From positions 23,369 through 87,368 of the forward strand of contig JALOQJ010000003.1 of assembly GCA_025453445.1 (NCBI GenBank): 64,000 nucleotides of DNA. Direction: 5' to 3'. Below, in pieces: positions 1 to 9,580 of this stretch (positions within the stretch are counted from its first letter, which is position 1; every line of letters starts with the position of its first letter). This stretch comes from Candidatus Omnitrophota bacterium. GTDB lineage: Bacteria; Omnitrophota; Gorgyraeia; Gygaellales; Profunditerraquicolaceae. The notes beneath the pieces are model-generated. The model worked only from the letters and a program-made list of their open reading frames with translations. It did not search any database and was not told the origin of the DNA. The position numbers and the translations under genes are program-made.

Positions 1-1014
1 GTAATAGAAAATGATGGAAAAGATAGCTTTCAGCCTTCAGTTTTTAGCCGTCAGCAGGAAGAATTGGATAGATTAACGCCTGAGCAAATCCGCGCAATAG
101 TTTTTGAAGCAGGTATTGTCGGAATGGGGGGAGCTACTTTTCCAACGCATATAAAACTCAATTCTCCAAAACCAGTGGATACCTTAATCATTAATGGCGC
201 AGAATGCGAGCCGTATTTAACCGGTGATTCCCGGCTGATGATTGAGAAAACAGAAGAAATCATCAAGGGCATCGCTTTGCTTAAGCAATGCCTGGGTGTT
301 CAAAAAATATATATTGCTATTGAAGATAATAAACCGGAAGCAATTTCAGCTTTCAGCCTTCAGCCTTCAGCTTTCAGCTTTCAGCTAATAGTATTAAAAT
401 CAGCCTACCCGCAGGGCGGAGAAAAACAATTAATAAAAAATATTTTGGAGAAAGAAGTCCCTTCAGGCAAACTCCCTTTTGATATCGGCGTAGTAGTGCA
501 TAATGTGGCGACTGTTTATGCGGTTTATGAGGCAGTTTACAAAAATAAACCTCTTTATGAACGTGTGGTTACGGTAACCGGCAGTTGTTTAACTAATCCG
601 CAAAATCTTTTAGTGCGTTTAGGCACACCCATAAAAGAGTTGATTGATTTTTGCGGCCCACTTAAGGAAGAGCCGGCAAAGATTATCATCGGCGGGCCAA
701 TGATGGGCATTGCTCAATATACAGCTGATGTCCCAGTGATCAAATCTTCCGGAGGAGTTGTCCTCTTAAACAAAAAAGAGGCTAGGCAGCAGGAAGAAGA
801 ATCTTGTATTCGCTGCGGTGCTTGTGTCAGGGAATGCCCTGCAGGGCTTATGCCTTGCTTGATCAATCTGGCCTCGGAAAAAGAAATGTGGGATGAGGCG
901 AAGGCATATAAAGCTGCTGATTGTATTGAATGCGGTTTGTGCAATTATCTTTGTCCGGCAAAACGAAAATTAACTCAGTCTATTAAAAGGGCAAAGCTGG
1001 AGCTAAGCAGATGA
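1..1014 (+). CDS. rnfC: Rnf electron transport complex subunit C (5' end outside window)
   Basis: Frame open from base 1; GIVGMGGATFPTH, NGAECEPYLT, YPQGGEKQL, two CxxCxxCxxxCP ferredoxin motifs. Confidence 0.95.
   Translation, partial: VIENDGKDSFQPSVFSRQQEELDRLTPEQIRAIVFEAGIVGMGGATFPTHIKLNSPKPVDTLIINGAECEPYLTGDSRLMIEKTEEIIKGIALLKQCLGVQKIYIAIEDNKPEAISAFSLQPSAFSFQLIVLKSAYPQGGEKQLIKNILEKEVPSGKLPFDIGVVVHNVATVYAVYEAVYKNKPLYERVVTVTGSCLTNPQNLLVRLGTPIKELIDFCGPLKEEPAKIIIGGPMMGIAQYTADVPVIKSSGGVVLLNKKEARQQEEESCIRCGACVRECPAGLMPCLINLASEKEMWDEAKAYKAADCIECGLCNYLCPAKRKLTQSIKRAKLELSR
28..55 (+). repeat. Degenerate heptamer tandem array (YTTCAGC type, 4 units) inside rnfC
   Basis: tttcagc cttcagt ttttagc cgtcagc; translated FQPSVFSRQ. 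Confidence 0.75.
344..385 (+). repeat. Heptamer tandem array (YTTCAGC x6) inside rnfC
   Basis: tttcagc tttcagc cttcagc cttcagc tttcagc tttcagc; translated ISAFSLQPSAFSFQL. Confidence 0.95.
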
Positions 1015-1089
1015 CCCATTCGACTCGCTTCGCTCGCTCAGGGTCATCCTGAGTGATAGATGCCGAGTAAGAAAGGCAGAAGTCGAAGG
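1015..1089. mobile_element. 75-bp palindromic mini-element between rnfC and rnfG, flanked by duplicated ATGA
   Basis: Ends ccattcgact / agtcgaagg are near-inverted; internal ctcagg..cctgag hairpin; ATGA at 1011-1014 and 1090-1093. Confidence 0.75.
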
Positions 1090-1605
1090 ATGAAGGAAAT
1101 GATAAAATATGGTTTAATTCTGGCTTTGATTTGCATCATTGCCAGCGGCCTCTTAGCCTGCGTTAATACCCTGACTAAACCTTTGATTATTCGGCAGGCT
1201 CAGCTGGAAGAAGAGGCAAGCCTGAAAGCAGTTTTCCCTCAGGCAGAAACTTTTCAGCCAATAAAAAAAGATGAAACAATAATTTATTATCAGGCTTTGG
1301 ATAAAAGCGGAATACGCCAAGGCGTAGTTTTTAAAGCCTCTGGCAAAGGTTATTCCGGCGTGGTTGAAGCAATGGCAGGGATGTTTGAAGATGGCACGAT
1401 TGCAGCGATAAAAGTAGTGGCACAAAATGAAACACCCGGATTAGGCAGTAAAATTACTGAAGCAAGATTCCTTGAACAATTCAGCAATAAAAAAGATTTA
1501 TCCGGCATTCAGGCAATTAGCGGTGCAACCATATCTTCCAGAGCAGTAATTAATGCGGTTAAAGAAAAAGCAGCGGAAATAAGAGGATTAATCAAGAATG
1601 AATAA
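1090..1605 (+). CDS. rnfG: Rnf complex subunit G (FMN-binding)
   Basis: N-terminal TM helix, GKGYSG, ETPGLGSKI, SGATISS flavinylation motif; start moved from 1060 to the ATG after the inserted element. Confidence 0.92.
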   Translation: MKEMIKYGLILALICIIASGLLACVNTLTKPLIIRQAQLEEEASLKAVFPQAETFQPIKKDETIIYYQALDKSGIRQGVVFKASGKGYSGVVEAMAGMFEDGTIAAIKVVAQNETPGLGSKITEARFLEQFSNKKDLSGIQAISGATISSRAVINAVKEKAAEIRGLIKNE

Positions 1606-2536
1606 ATTGATTGTTAGCCCTGCTCCGCATCTCTATAAAGGCGAATCTGTCAGCAGGATTATGTGGATGGTTGTGGCCAGCTTAATCCCTGCGGGCGTGG
1701 CAGGTATTTTTATTTTCGGGCCCTCGGCACTCTCGGTAATTATCACAGCTGTTATTTCTGCTTTGGCAGCAGAATTAATTTTACAGGTTGCCACAAAAAG
1801 AAAAATTACTGTTTTTGATGGCAGCGCAGTTATCACTGGTTTGTTATTAGCATACAACCTTCCTGCGCATGTGCCGTTATGGCTGCCGGTGATCGGGTCT
1901 TTTTTCTCGATTGCTATCGGCAAGCAGGTATTTGGGGGGTTAGGGCAGAATATTTTTAATCCTGCTTTAGTCGGCAGGGTATTTTTAATGGCTTCTTGGC
2001 CTAAATATATGACGGTTTTCACTCAGCCTTTAAATTATGATGCTATTGCTCAGGCAACGCCGCTTGCCGCTTTAAAAGAAGGCAAGATAATCGAGCATAT
2101 AACTTATCTCGATTTATTTTTAGGCAAAAGAGGCGGTTGTATAGGAGAAGTTTGTATTTTAGCCTTACTTATCGGAGCGGGGTTCCTTTTAATCCGGGGA
2201 TATATTTCCTGGCAGATTCCTTTTACTTATATTATAACAACAGGCGTATTTACCTATATCTTTGCAGGCAAAGGCTTATTTGCCGGAGATTGGCTGTTTC
2301 ATATTTTATCCGGTGGTTTAATTTTGGGCGCATTTTTTATGGCTACTGATTATGTTACTTCGCCATTGACTACTAAAGGGCAGATTGTTTTTGGTATAGG
2401 CTGCGGGTTATTAACGGCGATTATCCGGCTTTGGGGCGGTTATCCTGAAGGCGTATCTTATGCGATTTTAATGATGAACGCTGCAACGCCAATTATCGAC
2501 AGATTTACGAAAAACAGGGTGTATGGGAGTAGATGA
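1598..2536 (+). CDS. rnfD: Rnf complex subunit D
   Basis: SPAPH, KQVFGGLGQNIFNPALVGR, ATPL, FMATDYVTSP, GYPEGV. Confidence 0.95.
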   Translation: MNKLIVSPAPHLYKGESVSRIMWMVVASLIPAGVAGIFIFGPSALSVIITAVISALAAELILQVATKRKITVFDGSAVITGLLLAYNLPAHVPLWLPVIGSFFSIAIGKQVFGGLGQNIFNPALVGRVFLMASWPKYMTVFTQPLNYDAIAQATPLAALKEGKIIEHITYLDLFLGKRGGCIGEVCILALLIGAGFLLIRGYISWQIPFTYIITTGVFTYIFAGKGLFAGDWLFHILSGGLILGAFFMATDYVTSPLTTKGQIVFGIGCGLLTAIIRLWGGYPEGVSYAILMMNAATPIIDRFTKNRVYGSR

Positions 2537-3123
2537 AAAAATTACTTTCTGAATTTTTTAAAGGCATTATCAAAGAAAATCCTACTTTTGTATTGGCATT
2601 AGGCCTTTGCCCGACACTGGCTGTGTCTGTTTCTGTAATTAACGGCATTGGCATGGGCGTTGCTGCTACTTTTGTCCTGCTGGGGTCAAATATGATTATT
2701 GCCCTGATCAAGAATTTTATTCCGGCAAGAATCAGGATTCCTTGTTATATCGTTGTAATTGCTACTTTCGTTACCATCGCAGAATTGGCGATGAAGGCAT
2801 ATAGCCCAATACTTGACAGGGCATTAGGGATATATGTGCCTTTGATTGTAGTGAATTGCATTGTTCTGGGCAGAGCAGAAGCGTATGCCTGTAAAAATTC
2901 CCTGGTTAATTCTTTTATGGATGGTTTAGGCATGGGCGTAGGTTTTACCCTGGCTTTAATTTTAATTTCCGGAATCAGGGAATTCCTCGGCGCCGGGACT
3001 ATTTTAGGCCATACAGTTGTTAAGGGGTTTGAGCCGGTGTTTGTCATGGGTATGCCATCTGGCGCGCTTTTGCTTATCGGGTTATTATTAGGTTTTTTTA
3101 ACCTAGCCAAGAGGAGAAACTAA
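2533..3123 (+). CDS. rnfE: Rnf complex subunit E
   Basis: ENPTFVLALGLCPTLAV, PLIVVNCIVLGRAE. Confidence 0.95.
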   Translation: MKKLLSEFFKGIIKENPTFVLALGLCPTLAVSVSVINGIGMGVAATFVLLGSNMIIALIKNFIPARIRIPCYIVVIATFVTIAELAMKAYSPILDRALGIYVPLIVVNCIVLGRAEAYACKNSLVNSFMDGLGMGVGFTLALILISGIREFLGAGTILGHTVVKGFEPVFVMGMPSGALLLIGLLLGFFNLAKRRN

Positions 3124-3732
3124 ATGGATCTCGGGCAATTTCTGGCTATTTTTATTTCCGCGGTATTTATCTACAATGTCATTTTGTCCCGTTTCCTGGG
3201 CTTATGTTCATTTATTGCAATTTCCAAAGAAACAAAACCAGCATTAGCAATGAGCTTGGCAGTAATGTTTGTTATTACCATGTCCTCGATGCTTACCTGG
3301 TTTATCTACCGGTTTTTATTAATTCCTTTTAATCTTACTTATTTGCGCACAATCTCTTTTATTCTGGTAATTGCAACATTCGTGCAGCTGGTAGAGATGG
3401 TAATTAGAAAAATCGCTCCGGCGATGTACAGGTTTTTCGGGATATACCTGCCTTTGATTACGGTTAATTGCGCGGTCCTCGGCGTAGCAGTATTAAATAT
3501 TGATATGTTTTTTATAAACGGCAAAGCTGTGCAGGGGAGCTTCTATTACTCGGCATTTCAGGGTGTTTGTGTTGGTTTAGGCTATACTTTGGCAATGCTT
3601 TTAATGTCAGGGATCCGGGAAAGGCTGGAATTGTGCAATGTGCCGAAAGCAATGAAGGATTTCCCGTTGGGGTTTGTGATTGCGGCAATTTTAAGTTTAA
3701 GTTTTATGGGGTTCAATGGGTTTAAATTTTAA
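3124..3732 (+). CDS. rnfA: Rnf complex subunit A
   Basis: FLGLC, LVEMVIRK, GIYLPLITVNCAVLG, GIRERL. Confidence 0.95.
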   Translation: MDLGQFLAIFISAVFIYNVILSRFLGLCSFIAISKETKPALAMSLAVMFVITMSSMLTWFIYRFLLIPFNLTYLRTISFILVIATFVQLVEMVIRKIAPAMYRFFGIYLPLITVNCAVLGVAVLNIDMFFINGKAVQGSFYYSAFQGVCVGLGYTLAMLLMSGIRERLELCNVPKAMKDFPLGFVIAAILSLSFMGFNGFKF

Positions 3733-4554
3733 ATGGATATTCTAATAGCGATTTTAACTTTAGGCAGTTTAGGTTTATTGTTTGGAGTAGGTTTGGCAGT
3801 TGCTTCTAAGCGGCTAAAAGTAGAAGTTGACCCGCGCTTGGAAAAAATCCATGGACTTTTGCCGGGATCAAACTGTGGCGCCTGCGGCGGTGCCGGATGT
3901 TTTGGTTTTGCCGAGGAGATTTTATCCGGAAAGAAAAAAATTGATGCTTGCCGGGTAAGTGAAGATAGCGTTAAAGAAGCGATTGCTGGAATTTTAGGCA
4001 GGGAATTAAAAAAAGATGTTAAAAAAATCGCTGTGCTGCATTGCGCAGGAGGAGTGAAAGTTAAGGATAAATTTATATATGATGGAATAGAGGATTGTAT
4101 TGCGGCAAATCAGGTTTTAGGTGGGATGAAAGAATGCGTATTTGGATGTTTGGGGCTGGGTACTTGCGTAAAAGTGTGCCCTTTTGATGCGATTAAAATG
4201 TCTGTGCCTGATGGTTTGCCAGTAGTTGATGAGAATAAATGTAAGGCCTGTAATAAATGCATTTTAGCCTGTCCTAAAAAATTATTCAGCCTGGTTCCTG
4301 CAACACATACGGTTTACCCCGCCCATGTGCACATGGGCGGGGTTTACGTTGCCTGTATGTCCCATGATTCAGGAAAAGACACCAAGGCAGTTTGTCCTGT
4401 GGGTTGTATTGCTTGTAAACTCTGTGAAAAGGCTTGCCCTGTGGATGCAATACATGTGATTGATAATCTGGCAGTAATAGATTATAATAAATGTACTTTC
4501 TGTGGGAAATGTGTGGAAGTTTGCCCAATGAAAACTATCAGGAAAAGAAAATAA
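3733..4554 (+). CDS. rnfB: Rnf complex subunit B (polyferredoxin)
   Basis: LPGSNCGACG, multiple CxxCxxCxxxCP motifs. Confidence 0.95.
   Translation: MDILIAILTLGSLGLLFGVGLAVASKRLKVEVDPRLEKIHGLLPGSNCGACGGAGCFGFAEEILSGKKKIDACRVSEDSVKEAIAGILGRELKKDVKKIAVLHCAGGVKVKDKFIYDGIEDCIAANQVLGGMKECVFGCLGLGTCVKVCPFDAIKMSVPDGLPVVDENKCKACNKCILACPKKLFSLVPATHTVYPAHVHMGGVYVACMSHDSGKDTKAVCPVGCIACKLCEKACPVDAIHVIDNLAVIDYNKCTFCGKCVEVCPMKTIRKRK
4317..4342. mobile_element. 26-bp perfect palindrome (CCCCGCCC family) inserted in frame in rnfB, 4-bp TTTA duplication
   Basis: ttta|ccccgcccatgtgcacatgggcgggg|ttta; 26+4=30 bp adds 10 codons. Confidence 0.85.
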
Positions 4555-5159
4555 TGAGAATAGCTGTTTTTGCTTCGGGAAGAGGCAGTAATTTTAACGC
4601 AATTGCAAAGGCTATAAAGAGCCAAAAAATTAAGGCAAGCCTTGCTTTATTAATTTGTGATAATCCAGATGCAGCTGTAATACTTAAGGCAAAACGCTTT
4701 GGGGTAAAAACATTTTTAATTAAACGTGCAGATTATAAAGATAAACCTGATTTTGAGAATAAGATTATTCAGGTTTTGCAAGAAGAAAAAATCAGCCTGA
4801 TTGTTTTGGCTGGGTTTATGCGCATATTAAGCAATGATTTCGTATTGAGATTTAAAAATAAGATCATCAATATACATCCTTCGCTTTTGCCTGCTTTTAA
4901 AGGATCGCATGCTATTCTTGATGCTTTTAATTATGGCGCCAAGGTTACTGGTGTTACTGTGCATTTTGTTGATGAATTAATGGATCATGGCCCGATAATT
5001 TTACAACAGGCATTAAAGATCGAAGAGAATGATACCCTGGAATCCCTTGAGGCAAAAATCCATAAAATAGAGCACAGGCTTTATCCGGAAGCAATCAGGT
5101 TGTGTGTGCAGGCAAGATTAAAGATAAAGGGAAGGAAAGTTCACCCCGCCCTTCATTAG
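4554..5159 (+). CDS. purN: Phosphoribosylglycinamide formyltransferase
   Basis: MRIAVFASGRGSN, LAGFMRIL, NIHPSLLP, GVTVHFVDE..DHGPII; ATG at 4554 overlaps rnfB stop. Confidence 0.96.
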   Translation: MRIAVFASGRGSNFNAIAKAIKSQKIKASLALLICDNPDAAVILKAKRFGVKTFLIKRADYKDKPDFENKIIQVLQEEKISLIVLAGFMRILSNDFVLRFKNKIINIHPSLLPAFKGSHAILDAFNYGAKVTGVTVHFVDELMDHGPIILQQALKIEENDTLESLEAKIHKIEHRLYPEAIRLCVQARLKIKGRKVHPALH

Positions 5160-5189
5160 TCATTAAGTTATGCCCGAAGAAGGGCGGGG
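5144..5189. mobile_element. 46-bp CCCCGCCC-family element across the 3' end of purN
   Basis: ccccgcccttc...gaagggcgggg 11-bp inverted ends; flanks ttca/tcaa (degenerate duplication); supplies the purN stop. Confidence 0.75.
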
Positions 5190-5199
5190 TCAAGGTTAA

Positions 5200-6096
5200 C
5201 TAATCATCGGATCCGAGCAAGATAGCTGCCCTATTCAGAGTTACCTTCTTATTGGTTAATAAGTTGTGAAGTTTGACCTCGCCAAAATCTTTAAACCCAT
5301 AGGTCCTTAGAGTAAAAGCGGCAATCTTCTGTATCTCTTTATCAATATTTACCTTTTTTGGGTTAGTTAGTTCCGGTTTCTGAAATTTTAGCCTGATGCG
5401 CTGTTGGATTTGCGCGGCGATAAAGTCAGAGAGAAGGACATCTTTATAAATTAAATACTTGCCTGTTTTATCGTTTATAATTTTAGGGTCAATATTTGTT
5501 TCCTGTACTGTACGGTGTTGGTATTCATCATTGGAAATCAGGCCGTAAGAGACTTTTTTCAGATCGAGTGTATAAATTACCGTGCGGATATCAAATCCGG
5601 CCTTAGTATCGGCAATTACGATGACAATAAACTGCGGCCCTTGCCGCTTATGGTCAAGGCTGAAGAGTACGCGGCGCACTACCCTCCAGACGCTGCCTAA
5701 TTTCTCCGAAACGTTTTTATTGACATCATAATCTTCAGTCTGTTCTTTTTTCGGCACAGTTTTAATTGCGTATTCAATATTTAAAGCAGCGTTTTTAAAT
5801 TCGTTTTTATTTTGTTCGATTTTAAAAAGCTCTGTGGATTTTTTTGGTTTTTCAGCTTTGACAAAAATATCTTCTACGGGTAGGTAAATCCAGAGGGTGT
5901 TCTCGAACAGTTTTGTTTTTATATCAAGCTTAAGCTCTTTTTTTGCGAGGTCTTCGATACCAGAGGCAATCGTTTCTTTGGTATAGGTAGGGGTAGTGGA
6001 AGAACTGCAGCCACAGGCAAAGATTAGGATAAATAAAATAAAATTACTGAGCGCGGCTTTTGCCAAATTCTTTGAATATTGCTTCAATTTCATCAT
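5200..6096 (-). CDS. Hypothetical lipoprotein
   Basis: Hydrophobic stretch then lipobox-like FACGC; downstream of and overlapping the FtsH-like gene; start uncertain. Confidence 0.7.
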   Translation of the reverse strand: MMKLKQYSKNLAKAALSNFILFILIFACGCSSSTTPTYTKETIASGIEDLAKKELKLDIKTKLFENTLWIYLPVEDIFVKAEKPKKSTELFKIEQNKNEFKNAALNIEYAIKTVPKKEQTEDYDVNKNVSEKLGSVWRVVRRVLFSLDHKRQGPQFIVIVIADTKAGFDIRTVIYTLDLKKVSYGLISNDEYQHRTVQETNIDPKIINDKTGKYLIYKDVLLSDFIAAQIQQRIRLKFQKPELTNPKKVNIDKEIQKIAAFTLRTYGFKDFGEVKLHNLLTNKKVTLNRAAILLGSDD

Positions 6097-7732
6097 AGTT
6101 AAGCTCTTCTTTGGCGATGAGTTCTTTAGCCAGCCTCTCAAGGAGCGGATTTTCTTTGCGCAGCACTTCTTCAACTTCTTTCAGGCAGGTTTGTAAAATA
6201 TCCTGCACATCTTCATCCAGCCGGGCTTTAGTTTGTTCGGACAAAAAACTGCTACTTCTGCCGGTGTATGAATCTAAAGCATGAAAATCGCCGATTAATC
6301 CCGATTTTCCCATGCCCCAGTTCCAGACCATTTGATGCGCAGTAGAATAGGCATTGCCGAAATCGCTTCCCGGGCCGCTGCCTACGCCACTTGTGGTTTT
6401 GCCTAACTTTAATTTTTCCGCTGCGTAAGAGCCGAGGCAGGTTTTAATGTCGCATAAAAGTTTATCCCTGTCCGGGATTAAAGTTTCAATTTTTTCCGGG
6501 GTCCAGGTAACTCCGCCGGTATGCCCGCGTGGAGTAATGGTTATTTTAAAGACGTCTTGAGTAGGGACAAGTAGGTAGGTAATTACAGCATGCCCTGCTT
6601 CATGGTAGGCAGTCTGTTTTTTTTCTTCTTCGCTGTATTTAAACCTGCGCCGGATACCGAGTGAGATTCTTTCACGGGCATCGTCAATTTCCTTCATTGT
6701 AATCAGGGGCTTCTTATTGCGTACAGCAATTAAAGCCGCTTCCCTGACGATATTAGCGATATCAGCAGGAGTATTACCGACAGTAATCCGCGCTAAGCGA
6801 TCGAACTTTACGCTCTGCGGATCGAACTGGACTTTTTTTAGATAGTAATCAAATAGTTTCTGGCGGTCATCAAGATTGGGCTTATCAACATAGATCTTAC
6901 GATCAAACCTGCCCGGCCTTAACAATGCCTGATCAAGAAAGGTTTCCGGAGCGTTGGTTGCGCCGATTAATACGATGTTCATGTCTTTTTCTTTTAAGCC
7001 GTCCATTTCTACCAATAATTGGTTTAAGGTAGTATTGGATTCGGTTTGTCCTCCGAAACCGCGGTCAACGCTGCGCTGTGCGCCGACAGCGTCAATTTCA
7101 TCGATAAAAATAATACAGCCGCCTTCAAATTCTGCCATTTGCTGGGCTTGTTTAAAAAGGCTGCGGATGCGGCCTGCACCTACGCCGACGAACATTTCCA
7201 CAAATTCCGACCCGGACATGGAGATGAAGGGAAGTTTTGCTTCAGTGGCAATAGCCTTGGCAAGGTAAGTTTTGCCGCAGCCCGGCGGCCCGAGCATAAG
7301 GATGCCTTTTAAAATTTTTCCTCCGATACGCTGTAGTTCTGCACGATCGGTAATCAATTTAACTACTTCTAAGGCTTCCTGCTTGGCTTCTTCCATGCCG
7401 ATAACATCAACCCAGGTAATGCCCAATTCCTGTCCGTCAATGGATTTTTTGCTGGTCTGGGTAAAAGATTGTGCTCCGCGCTTAAACATTAGCCAATACC
7501 ACATGAAGGTATAGACTACGCCGAAAATCAAGGCCATGACTATCTGCAGGTATAATTGGAGCGGGATCATTGCCAGCTGCGACTGGCGCAAATATGACTC
7601 TGCTTCATTCCAGGCGCGCAAGCCGGTAATGATAAAAAAGATTAAGGAAATGAATAATGCAGTAACTCCGCCGATAATCAGGATTTTTATCCAGTGCAAT
7701 TTCCAATAAATCTTCAGTTTTTTCTTATTCAC
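6044..7732 (-). CDS. FtsH-like AAA+ zinc metalloprotease
   Basis: Two TM helices, Walker A GPPGCGKT, IFIDEIDAVG, SRH ALLRPGRFDR, HEAGH; GTG start with AGGAG SD. Confidence 0.93.
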   Translation of the reverse strand: MNKKKLKIYWKLHWIKILIIGGVTALFISLIFFIITGLRAWNEAESYLRQSQLAMIPLQLYLQIVMALIFGVVYTFMWYWLMFKRGAQSFTQTSKKSIDGQELGITWVDVIGMEEAKQEALEVVKLITDRAELQRIGGKILKGILMLGPPGCGKTYLAKAIATEAKLPFISMSGSEFVEMFVGVGAGRIRSLFKQAQQMAEFEGGCIIFIDEIDAVGAQRSVDRGFGGQTESNTTLNQLLVEMDGLKEKDMNIVLIGATNAPETFLDQALLRPGRFDRKIYVDKPNLDDRQKLFDYYLKKVQFDPQSVKFDRLARITVGNTPADIANIVREAALIAVRNKKPLITMKEIDDARERISLGIRRRFKYSEEEKKQTAYHEAGHAVITYLLVPTQDVFKITITPRGHTGGVTWTPEKIETLIPDRDKLLCDIKTCLGSYAAEKLKLGKTTSGVGSGPGSDFGNAYSTAHQMVWNWGMGKSGLIGDFHALDSYTGRSSSFLSEQTKARLDEDVQDILQTCLKEVEEVLRKENPLLERLAKELIAKEELNYDEIEAIFKEFGKSRAQ

Positions 7733-7838
7733 GATTTTCTCCTTTTGTGTTTATTTATGCAAGATAGCATATCCAACAACCTTAGTCAAGGCTAAAAAAA
7801 TGTGGACATTCCTAAAACCTTTGTATAGCTACCCCTAT

Positions 7839-7925
7839 TGTCATTGCGACTGCGAGGCGAAGCCGAAGCAGGAAGCAATCTAAAAACGGATTGCTTCGTC
7901 GGGCTTCGCCCTCCTCGCAATGACA
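7839..7925. repeat. 87-bp composite palindromic REP-like element in the divergent ftsH-like/eno intergenic region
   Basis: tgtcattgcga...tcgcaatgaca outer IR; gaagcaatc...gattgcttc inner IR. Confidence 0.8.
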
Positions 7926-7939
7926 CAATAAAAAATCAT

Positions 7940-7967
7940 TTGACCGTATTTGTTTGCCGAGTATAAT
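7940..7967 (+). promoter_or_regulatory. Sigma70-type promoter for eno
   Basis: TTGACC-16 bp-TATAAT. Confidence 0.7.
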
Positions 7968-8013
7968 ATACCTCTACTTAGTTAAACCCCTAAAAAATTT
8001 AAGGAGAGCAAGA

Positions 8014-9273
8014 ATGGCAAAAATTAAAAAAGTCTTAGCACGAGAAATTCTGGATTCCCGCGGTAACCCTACGGTTGAAGTGGATATCATTTTGGATAAT
8101 GGTATTTTAGGCCGCGCAGCAGTTCCTTCAGGCGCTTCTACTGGAGATAACGAAGCTTTAGAATTGCGCGATCAAGATAAATCAAGATATTTAGGTAAAG
8201 GTGTTTTAAAAGCAGTGAATAATGTAAATACCATAATTGCCGGAAAAATAAATGGTTTAGAGCCTGATTTTAAGAAAATCGATGAGCTATTAATCAAGCT
8301 GGATGGAACAGAGAGTAAATCAAAACTCGGAGCGAATGCGATTCTCGGGGTATCGATGGCAGTTGCCAAGGCTGAGGCATTAGAAAAAAAAGAGCCGCTT
8401 TATAAATTTTTAGGCGGAGAAAAAGCGAGAATTTTACCTGTGCCGCAGATGAATATCTTAAACGGCGGGATGCACGCGGATAATAACCTAGACATTCAGG
8501 AATTTATGATTATGCCTAAAGGCGCTCCTAGTTTTCGCGAGGCTTTAAGGTATGCTGACGAGGTTTTTCATAATTTAAAGTCAATTTTGAAATCAAAAAA
8601 GTTGTCTACTTCCGTAGGCGATGAAGGCGGCTTTGCGCCTAATCTGCAGTCTAATGAAGAGGCTTTGGAATTAATTATTGCAGCTATTGAGAAAGCCGGA
8701 TATAAGCCGGGTAAAGATGTATTTCTTGCCCTTGACTGCGCAGCCAGCTCTTTTTACAAGGACGGGGCTTATAATTTTGAAAATACTAAGAAAGCCGCAG
8801 CCGATTTGATTAGTATCTACGACAAATGGATCGCTAAATATCCAATTTTGTCTATTGAAGACGGATTAGGAGAACATGATAAGCTAGGTTGGGTTGAAAT
8901 GACCAAGAAACTGGGCAATAAAATACAGCTGGTTGGCGACGATATCTTTGTTACCAACCCGCGGATTTTCAAGCAGGGGATTGCCGATAAAATCGCTAAT
9001 GCAATTTTGGTAAAAGTGAATCAAATCGGTACACTTTCTGAAACTCTGGAAGTAGTACAGATGGCAAAAGATAATAAATATGCCAGTGTGATGTCGCATC
9101 GTTCAGGCGAGACCGAAGATACAACCATCGCCCATCTTGCAGTAGCTACTGGTTGCGGCCAGATTAAGACTGGTTCTTTATCGCGCACTGACCGGATTTG
9201 TAAATATAATGAACTTTTGAGGATTGAAGAAGAATTAGGTTCGACTGCAGTATACGCAGGTAAGCAATGCTAA
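8014..9273 (+). CDS. eno: Enolase
   Basis: [38 protein letters not shown]; AAGGAG SD before ATG 8014. Confidence 0.98.
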   Translation: MAKIKKVLAREILDSRGNPTVEVDIILDNGILGRAAVPSGASTGDNEALELRDQDKSRYLGKGVLKAVNNVNTIIAGKINGLEPDFKKIDELLIKLDGTESKSKLGANAILGVSMAVAKAEALEKKEPLYKFLGGEKARILPVPQMNILNGGMHADNNLDIQEFMIMPKGAPSFREALRYADEVFHNLKSILKSKKLSTSVGDEGGFAPNLQSNEEALELIIAAIEKAGYKPGKDVFLALDCAASSFYKDGAYNFENTKKAAADLISIYDKWIAKYPILSIEDGLGEHDKLGWVEMTKKLGNKIQLVGDDIFVTNPRIFKQGIADKIANAILVKVNQIGTLSETLEVVQMAKDNKYASVMSHRSGETEDTTIAHLAVATGCGQIKTGSLSRTDRICKYNELLRIEEELGSTAVYAGKQC

Positions 9274-9539
9274 AAAGGGCATTCTGGCTTTTTGGGATTA
9301 CAATTGTCCTGCTGATTTTGTTCTTGCCTGGGTATACCAAACTGCAGGATTTGCGGGAAAAAAACCGCGATTTAACCGTTAAAATTAAACAGCTGCAGAT
9401 AGAGAATGCTTTGTTGGAGCAGCAGGCAAAGCGTATCGAGACTGACCCGGTTTATCAGGAAAAAATCGCCCGCGATAAAATGGGTGTTGTGCGTAAGGGT
9501 GAAATTCCGGTAAAAATCATCCCGGGAAAGAAAAGATAA
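9267..9539 (+). CDS. ftsB: Septum formation initiator (FtsB/DivIC family)
   Basis: TM helix, coiled coil, [15 protein letters not shown]; canonical position after eno. Confidence 0.85.
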   Translation: MLKRAFWLFGITIVLLILFLPGYTKLQDLREKNRDLTVKIKQLQIENALLEQQAKRIETDPVYQEKIARDKMGVVRKGEIPVKIIPGKKR

Positions 9540-9566
9540 TAATTGATTAGTGCTTTTTGGATATTG

Positions 9567-9575
9567 TGTTATAAT
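9567..9575 (+). promoter_or_regulatory. Extended -10 promoter for the tRNA
   Basis: TGtTATAAT 5 bp upstream of the tRNA 5' end. Confidence 0.6.
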
Positions 9576-9580
9576 AAATT

